Shown here piece by piece: positions 54,228 through 64,000 of a stretch of 64,000 nt of DNA; positions within the stretch are counted from its first letter, which is position 1; each line of letters starts with the position of its first letter. The DNA lies in assembly GCF_009914755.1 (NCBI RefSeq), contig NC_060927.1. One strand, given 5' to 3'. The stretch is from the human T2T-CHM13v2.0 reference genome, Homo sapiens. Made by a program: the position numbers and the translations under genes. Under the pieces are notes generated by a model that saw nothing but the letters and a program-made list of their open reading frames with translations, was not told where the DNA came from and searched no databases.

Positions 54228-54805
54228 CTTCATATGAGACAATTATAATCATGTAGATGACCATCAGGAAGTAAAGAGGGTGGGGTCTGGCCACATAGGT
54301 ACCTCTGTGGCTCTGGTCTGGGGTTAGACACTGTTAGGGACTAGCATTTATTGGACTTGTAAAGACAGCACCTCAGAATTAGTAACTACTTGCATTTTAG
54401 GGTCTGTTTTATGAAGCCAACAAGTGAATGTAAAATAGGCTCTGCATCTTTTCTGAGAGCCCTGTCACTGGGCAGTGAGCATTTCCAAAATTGCAGCTCT
54501 GTCAGAATGAACCATGAATACTTAAGAAAGGGAAAGTAGGAACAGGGAGCAGCGCAAAGCATAACTTGCTGTGTTCCAGGGATTTAAAAATAAATTACTG
54601 TCAAGAGCAATATAAGGGTCATGGGTTTGATCAGGAACTTTTTGTAAATGAAAAAGTTCACAATTTGGAAAAAACAGTGCTAGATGTGTTATGGAAATTG
54701 TTATCACAAATTATTCCACTGAAACTCAAGTATATAAGACAACAATATATTGCTGTGAAATCTTAATTTTGACATATGGAAGGTAACCAAAAATAAGAAC
54801 CATAC

Positions 54806-54838
54806 CTTTTTGCTTGAAGTGCACGGTGGTACCAATTT
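54806..54838 (-). CDS. LSAMP: LSAMP 33-nt alternative microexon
   Basis: TTTTAG|AAATTGGTACCACCGTGCACTTCAAGCAAAAAG|GTATGG, phase 1-1, encodes (E)IGTTVHFKQK(G), part of the known 23-residue insert of the long LSAMP isoform. Confidence 0.92.
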
Positions 54839-57065
54839 CTAAAATAAGAAACATTAAGCAAAACAAAAACAAATAAAAAATCTTTATCAATTAAGAAGAA
54901 ACACAAAGGTAATCTGATATTCTCCACTGAAAGGCGAATAAGAGAAAAGGAGGAAAGAACATTTTAATAGGAAAGAATATTGGTAGAGATGGAAAGAAAG
55001 GCAAATGGAAAGAGATTGTTTTGTTGGAACAAATGATGTGCAGTTGGAGGTGGCAAAAATGATTTGCAACTTCAAATACCTGATGCTACATTGTATGCAT
55101 GTAGACAAGTTCAAGAACTCTGAGTATGGAATGTAAAGGTACTCTTGACCGCAATTTAGTGGAATAATAGAATGTGTCCGATCCATAACCTCGTCCTACC
55201 ATTTTGCCCTGGTTTATTCCACTCAAGCCAACTGGCTGTCCTGCTCTTCTTCCAACAGATCAAGTCTATTCCAACTTAAAACCTTCACGCTTGCTTTTCA
55301 TTTGCTTGGAATATTCTTCCCCTAGATCTTTGTATTGATCACTTAGTCACTTCATTCAGATTTCTGCTGAAATGACAACAACTCGAAAGGGACTCCTCTC
55401 ATCATCTTGTTAAAAATAGCATCTTCTGTTATTTTCTCTATTCCTTTACCCTGCTTTACTAATCTAAATAGCACTTACCTCTAACTTGACATCCTGTTAT
55501 GCATATACTTTTTGCCTATTTATAGTTTCGTCCTCTTCATTAGACTATATGCTCCATGAGGGCAGCAACAGTGTGTGCCTTCTCAAATACTGTATCCCTA
55601 GTGCTTAGATTAGAGCTTGGCAGGTAGTGGATATTCAATAAATATTTGTTTAATTTATAAATAAGTCTCAGGGTCGGAAGAGCTCAGGTAGGTTAAATAT
55701 TTGGTTTCTCTTTTAAGTACCTTTGTCAAGTAAACCACAATGCTCTTAGGTCTTTAGAAGCAAATATGTAAAACTTCTATAGGACACCACTTTGAAGCTC
55801 AGGAACAACTTAGCAGGTGCTCAGATAGAAGAGCCCAAACTGCTGTTGGAATACAGAACCTGTCTTTTTGTCCTTGAAGCCCATCACTTGCAGTTATTTC
55901 TATTTAACAAATGCAACATGCTGCAAGTTCATACAAAAAGATGGAGTAAGAATTCTCCCCTCCTAGCAGAAGCCAGCACTCACCCTGGAAGTGAATCCAG
56001 GTTCTATTAATATATAAAACAATGGTCTCTAGCTGTTGACGACTTTCTGTATATGTCTCATCATCTAACCACTGATGTTTTAAGTTGTGTATTAAACATA
56101 CTGCCACTTGTTTCCTTTCATAATACGAGCTTTGACATCTTTTCTTTAGGATCAACATATTGCATTAAAAAATATTGAAAGGCAGTGTGGAGAATATGTT
56201 CATGAAAACATGAGGAAACTGAGGCCCAGAGAGGTCATTTGCGAAGTGAGAGGCAAAGCTGAGACTGAAATTTAGGGCTCCCACTTCTCTAGACAGAACC
56301 TAGTCCATTATTCCACAATACCCCTTTGGCAGTTTTTATGAAAGCAATGCCTGTATGACTCAAGAGGTATCACTGGGATATTTAAATGATTCAATACTGG
56401 CTGGAAAGGTACGACTCTTGTGCAAAGTGCAACTTTCCTCTTTCTTGCATCAAGCCTCTTAGCTTATTATGGTAAGAATTTTTAAGAACCCCTTAAGGCC
56501 ACAGAGCGATGCTCTTTCCTAAAAGAGGCCTCAATCCTCGATGAGGCCATCTTCAGTTAAAAAACACTAAGTTTATGGTACACAGGCTTCGTGGGAATGA
56601 TTTCAAGCAATTGTTCAGAAATCCAGACAGGTAGGAAGCCTGGTGATTCTGCTGAAAGCTTTCTCTTCACCTCTCTTTGCGTCAGTTTCATCATCTCTAA
56701 AATGAGTTTACTTACATGCATCTTATAAATTTGTGCTATGAATTAGATCAATTAATCAACATACTATACTTACAATGGTGCCAGACACATAATAAATGCT
56801 CAATAAATGAAAGTTGTCAGTTTTGTGGTAAAATCCCTTCTAGACAGGATTATTAGTGCAATTTTAGTGGAGAGAGAAAAATACATCTTAACAAGTAAGT
56901 CATGGCATTGCAAGTCCAAAGAATTTATATATATATATAATAAATTATATATATATATAAGAAAGAAGGAAAGTTGTACTTTTATATACATATATATATA
57001 TATATATAACTGCAGCAACATGATGAACAAACAATGGGAGATTCTAGCACAAAAAAAGTGATTGG

Positions 57066-57625
<560 letters not shown>

Positions 57626-58111
57626 GTGACAGGAAAGCGGATTGATTAGGGCATATTTTGATCAGGGAAAGTCTAGCAATGTGCCTGCGTTAACCTGTCA
57701 CTGGCATAGGTGTGGGTAAGAATCTACATGTTCTAATGGATTCTAATGGATCTCTTAGGAAACAGATGCTCCCCTATGAATCAACTAGAGAAAGTTGATT
57801 ACAAGAAGCATATAAAAAATTCCCAAATATTCTACTCTGTGAAGCTAATATCAGAAAAATTCAGATATGAAATATACATTTGCTTGAAATATCTTTAAAA
57901 AGCAAAACAGGTTGCCAGTTAAATGTTAAGTACTCCTCCCTATGCCTGTAATAAATCAACTTCTTTGTGAAATCCTAAAGATCTTAACACTTGGGATTCC
58001 ATTTTTCTTTAGGAAAAGAGAATGGAATTCTTATTTTGGACTCTTATTTCCTACCCATCACCTTCTGTAGGAGCAGAACATTCTGAGCACATTTTTGAAA
58101 ATGTGGTTATG

Positions 58112-58191
58112 TGTTGCCATCTTGTGGTAATACTAAGACATGCTCCTACGTGCTGTGCAGATGAATCACCTTTGTCCACGAGGTGGCAATA
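58112..58191. promoter_or_regulatory. Pair of divergent CTCF-like motifs
   Basis: Minus TTACCACAAGATGGCAACA (58112-58130) and plus TGTCCACGAGGTGGCAATA (58173-58191). Confidence 0.5.
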
Positions 58192-60491
58192 GTGAGAGAA
58201 ATAAACACTTTTTTTTTTTTTCCAGTGTCAGGCCAGGCATGAAATAGTACTCTTTAAGAGGGGATTTTCTGTTGTTATAGACAGAATTTTTTTTTTGCAT
58301 TTAACACCTAAACATTATTTTTACTTTTCTAGTGAAAATGCAATCTCATGTTCGTGAATCGAACTGCATTGCCAGGGATATAATTTTTGCAGAGATTTCC
58401 AGGGCACCGTGCTTAGAACACAACCTGGAACCTATGATTTTTATGCCTTTCAGGAAGACTTCTAACTAAATATTAATCTTGCTTCAGCAAATACACTTAA
58501 CAAATAAGTATGGCAGTGAAGGTACAAGGTATAATAGAGAAAGGTAAATCGACTGAAGCAATGCAAAACACAACACTGGGAGATTCTAGTATAGAGAATG
58601 TACTAGGCTTTCTGGAGAACCTTACCATCACATGCTTAGATCTTAGCTCCTGATGAGGTGGTAGAAGGAGACAATGGGGAAATGATTTAATATTAGGAAA
58701 GGCAAGTGCCTCGAGACATTTATTTAAGCTAATCTGTCCTTGATTTTTGACTTTCAGATTCATTACACCCAGCCACATTAGCCTGCACCATTAAAAACAT
58801 TGATTCAACCTCTCTTATTGGCATAGACAATACATCTGCCTTGTTCACTACTCTATCCTCAGCTTGGTATTTCTCTAGCACAGAAGAATGGTCCAGTAGA
58901 TGTGCTGAAGAAATACCTGAATGCATAAATAAATAAGAAAATGAGAGACTGAATGAATCAATTAATACCTCAAGTGTTACCCTAGATAAGATTCTAGAGA
59001 GGGGAGATTCTATTTTCTTTTTAGAACCACGGTGCCTGAACCTAAGGTGAGATTATTCTTGGGAATTCACAGTTATTTGAAGAGCCAATGGGGCCAGGAG
59101 GTCCTTGCCTTATTTCCCAAATCCTGGCAGGTAGAACATTTTCTGGAGGGCTGAGCTTTATTTTAAAACACCTTCCTGACTAATAAAAATGTGAACTTTA
59201 ACAAATAAAAGCCCAAGTTTCTTTTGAAGATTTATTCTTCTTCTTACCCTTTACTATGATCTCTTGCTCTTATCTCTCACTACGTGATGTGATTTTTTTC
59301 TCTTTCTCTGTCTCTCTCTCTCCCCCTCCCTCCATCCACATCTCTGAAAAAATTCAAGTGAGTGTTGCAAAGATGAAAGATGCTCCATTGGAAACTCTAC
59401 AGTTTATAGTTTGGGAACTCCCTCATTATCTTAGGAAATCTTCATATCTTTATGTGTGGAAAATTTTGGCATTTTGCTTTCTTTGAGTTATATCTGGGAG
59501 ATGAAGTGAGGGTAGAACACATTCATAAGGAAAAGAATTGACGTTTAGTGCTTTCAGTCTTGACTTTTGACAACTTTTCTCTAATCCTCTACTTATAAGA
59601 GTTCATTTGCATTCACATGTAGGTAACGTAGAGTTTGGGGAGTTTATATTGTTTGCACAGTTGTTCTAATTCTAGGGTATTTACTTGAAAACAAATGTCT
59701 TATTTTTCAACCTGCTGCAGCCATTTGAAAAAGAAAACATTATCTCTATGTGTGTGACATAAGTCTTTCTATAAGGCTAACCCTCTGATGTGCTGCAGGT
59801 TTTGAAAATGACATAAGAATAATTAATGGCACTTTTAAAATTCTGGGCCAGAGTTAGTAAGAGTGTGTGTTTGCAGAAGTGGGACAGGAAAAGGTCCAAA
59901 TTCAGTAGGGATTTTATCCTCCAGTTCCTGAAAATTGCAGAAAGGGGCAGGGTTAAAATTATTAAGAAATGTAATAAAAGAAACAGAGGAGGAGATCATA
60001 CCTGCTGCTGCTTCCTCACTGATGCCAAGGACCTGAGGCATAACATTTGTAAGATTCTGCCATGGAAATTTATGGGTTTTGCCCTCTGACTTCTGTTTAT
60101 TTATTTATTGGCCAAATTTTTGAAAAATAAAACCTTTATAATTATAGTGGCTTAAAAGGGAGCAATTTTTATTAATTCAATTTTCAAGCCACACTTTGAA
60201 AGCTATTAACTTCTTTCTCACAGATTTCTTCACTCAGAGGCTTTAGGGATTAGCAGCTTGTACTTGTAAATATTATTTTTTTCTTTTGCCATAGAAAAGT
60301 ATTTGCCTTGTGATTCATATTTGAATTATTAGAGCTTTTGATATTCTCCCATGTATGATATTCATGTTGTATAAACCTCAATGTCAAATATTTCTAGAAT
60401 AATGTTTTCTGAGAATCAAAGTACTCATTCTGGGGCTAGTGAAGTAAGAAAAGAGTCAAAATAGAGAAATGGATTTGAATCTCAATCTTGA

Positions 60492-60843
<352 letters not shown>

Positions 60844-62595
60844 TTCCTATTTTCTTAGTTAATAGGTGGACCATTGCCCTCATGACTAAGAGTATACATC
60901 AAACCAGCTGAGAAAACTAAGCAATCTTAGCATGTCATCAATATTTGAGAAAGGAAGTTGGCCTCCCTTAGCTAGATTTGGGCCAGCAAGGAATGCTACA
61001 CTTTACTTTCAAATACCGCTAAAGGCTTTTCTTCTTTATAGTTGTCTGTGACTAGAAATGGACTTCAGTTTGGTGCTCTGTCAGAGTAAATAATGACATA
61101 GGCATGAGTAGACAGTACCAGAATACTGCAGCCCTAGACAGATGGTGTTAATTCCTTGTTGAATGAATGAATGAAACCAAACTAAAATAATGCTGGTATA
61201 ATTTCTTGTTGAAAAACGTGAATAAAATATTTGGGCCTCACTCCTTATATCAAATATTCTATAGTGAATAGAATGTGAAAAAATGCTTAAATTGTCATTG
61301 GATTAAAAAGAACACATCTATTAAAGGAAAAATATTAATGCGCCAACTTGGAGAGAGAACATATGAGCCCCCACATCTGAAAGGAGGACTCTTACTGGGG
61401 ATCCTGGAGGTGCATGAGGGAAATCCCTTGTGAGTCAATATTTGACTAAGACCTGAAAGCACTTTGGGTGTGCACATCACTGTGGAGAGCACCCTGGCCC
61501 AGGTAGGAGGGCAGCTCCTGGGCCTGCCTCTGCTATAACCTTGAACGAATAACAGAAACATGCCCAGCTTCTGAGAGCATGGAAAAATAGAAGACATTTT
61601 ATGTTTTTAACTTGAACATTCTGTAGTACACTGGCAGCTCAAACATTCAGACAAAACTTTTGTTTATATTGCATTAATGGTGTTATCTCTAAGGAGAGGG
61701 ATTACACAGGAGCTTTATTTTCTTCTTTATAGTTTCATATTTTTCAAATTCTTCCATAATGAGAATGCATAACATTTATTATCAGAATAGAAAACTATTT
61801 GTAAAAACAAATCAATGCATTTTTTTTAAAAAAACCTTTAAATGTGGAGAAAAGGAAATAATCATTTTCTGATTATTTGGCATTGGCATTAGTTTGACAA
61901 CATTACAAGGAGAATAAATTTTTTCTCCATTTTTCAGCTGGGAGATACCATGTAGTAAAGCAAAAGAGAAGCTAAGATGGGTGAATCCTAATTTCCAAAG
62001 CAACATGGTCTTAACAGCAATGCAATAAAAAATGTTATCATACAGGTTGATGAGGTCCTACTGACCAGAGGCTTGATGTACTGGGTATTGTCGTATAAAG
62101 TAAGTATAGGTGCATGATTTGACTTTAACCATTATGGGCTTTGCTCAATGGTGATACGGATTGTTACAGAAAGAGCAGTCTCACTAAACACTCTCAACAT
62201 AAAGAGAATGCTTTCTTAAGTCTCTTGCACCAAGTCAGCTTTCTTACATTTTGAGAGTTTCTTATTTAGCCTGAGAGGTTTAGTTTTTAATAATCAATGA
62301 ATTGAAATGTTCCAGAATGCCAAAGAGGCTAAGTTTAATAAAGGGGTTTCTCTGGGCTATGCCACCTGAAAATATGTGTAAGATTAGATAAATCCCAGAA
62401 GTAAATTTATTTGGATCAGCTGTCAGTAAGGTACTCAGGACTAGACATGCAGTTTCTGTCTTAAAGAAGAAACAGGTTTCTCTGCCCTTGTGCCTAAAAT
62501 GCACCTTGGCCCTTGTCTATGGGTGCAAACTGGCCCTTTGACCTTTGTTGTAATTAAGAGACCAGCCAACTCATTTAATAAAGAACTATATTCCA

Positions 62596-62910
<315 letters not shown>

Positions 62911-63867
62911 AGAACTAGCTTCCGGACCTAAATCTACTTAGTTGTTGATTCTTCTTAGTTGTTAAAACATAAAATAGATTATATATGTCATATTTGTGTT
63001 TAAAAACATAAATTTTATGTATACTCTAAAGCCTTTTGTACTTTCATTTATCTGACTTGGTAAGAAAGATTAAAAATGCAGGTTTGGATAGGTCTCCAGA
63101 GATTTACATTCTTTCTGGTCTTACCCCTCACTTTCTATTTTCCAGCCCCAAATTGTGAATTTCTGATCTATTTTTGAATACATTTTAAATTTAAAATCCT
63201 AAGGCATGCAAGACCATCTTTAATCTACGTAATATGCCTTTTCATTTTGTATGTTTTAAAATCAAAACCATTCAAATAACATGAAACGAGGTAACTGGCC
63301 TGCAGAATTTGAATGCAAAGATAACAAGTGAATTTGTGAGATTTCCCAGGGTTTTTAAAGCTCCTGGAAATAAGGAGATAAGGGATTAAAAAATGTTGGT
63401 ATGCTCTGAGTCACCCTTGGACCTACCTCTATTGCACTAACTACCGCAGTGCAGAACTTGGTAAATGTAGTTCTGCTTTGGACTACTTCCAGCAACATTA
63501 TTCTTTGGAGTTCCAGAATGCTTCAATAACAAGTTTGGTTTATCTATAACTTCTGCTATGTCAGTGACTCCAAATATAACATTATAGCCAGGTCCTTGTG
63601 CAACTCTCTGAAAATACTGATGGCTCCTTACAACCTATTTCTACAACTAAAATAAAAACCTACCATCAAACCTCCTTACTGAAAAGCTGCAAGTTTTCTC
63701 TAGACATTCTGCTAAATAACAGGCTGTCAGTATCCTCCAGAAAGCTAAACCTAAATACTAATACCTACCACACAGTACATAATATCCATGTGTGACCATA
63801 CAATTAAGCCCACAAGTGCTTTTCCTGGTCCTGAGTGTAATATAGGTGAAAATGCCCAATCTTTAAC

Positions 63868-64000
63868 CTTTATTTTTATTTTTCTAGAAATTATCTTTAT
63901 TTTTTAAACTTGATGTATTCGTATAAGGTATAAAGATCAAATGAGGGTAATTGGGATATCCATCACTTTAAATATTTATATTTTCTTTATGCTAGAAATG
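63868..64000 (-). mobile_element. L1MA-type 3' end fragment, runs off the window
   Basis: T-rich tail then GATCAAATGAGGGTAATTGGGATATCCATCAC. Confidence 0.7.

Noticed and set aside
54725-54805. Read-through of the microexon donor giving a short hydrophobic tail (GMVLIFGYLPYVK...)
   Set aside because: The donor AAG|GTATGG is good, and nothing in the sequence supports intron retention beyond a short open frame.

Overview
This is human (primate) genomic DNA, not prokaryotic, and almost all ORFs in the track are spurious or repeat-derived. The right third holds the 3' end of LSAMP (IgLON neural adhesion protein) on the minus strand. That part consists of a 33-nt in-frame microexon (54806-54838), the terminal coding exon with the GPI signal (48515-48612) and a ~7.9 kb, nearly repeat-free 3' UTR ending near an AATAAA at 40596-40601. 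Just downstream is a ~10 kb retroviral cluster: an internally deleted LTR12C, an MLT2, a two-LTR 5.7 kb HERV-H provirus with TSD, and a MER21-type LTR carrying a solo LTR2 and an Alu. The left half is intergenic (Alu, MIR, L1, MLT) with an isolated CpG island at ~22.1-22.9 kb. I found no wholly new biological system. The best leads are: (1) a MADE1 mariner MITE that captured an inverted copy of neighbouring DNA; (2) a candidate in-frame alternative last exon that would give a non-GPI LSAMP; (3) the orphan CpG island with CTCF motifs and splice donors; (4) the HERV-H, probably the distal substrate of recurrent 3q13 deletions. Repeat subfamily names are from memory of consensus sequences and need RepeatMasker confirmation.
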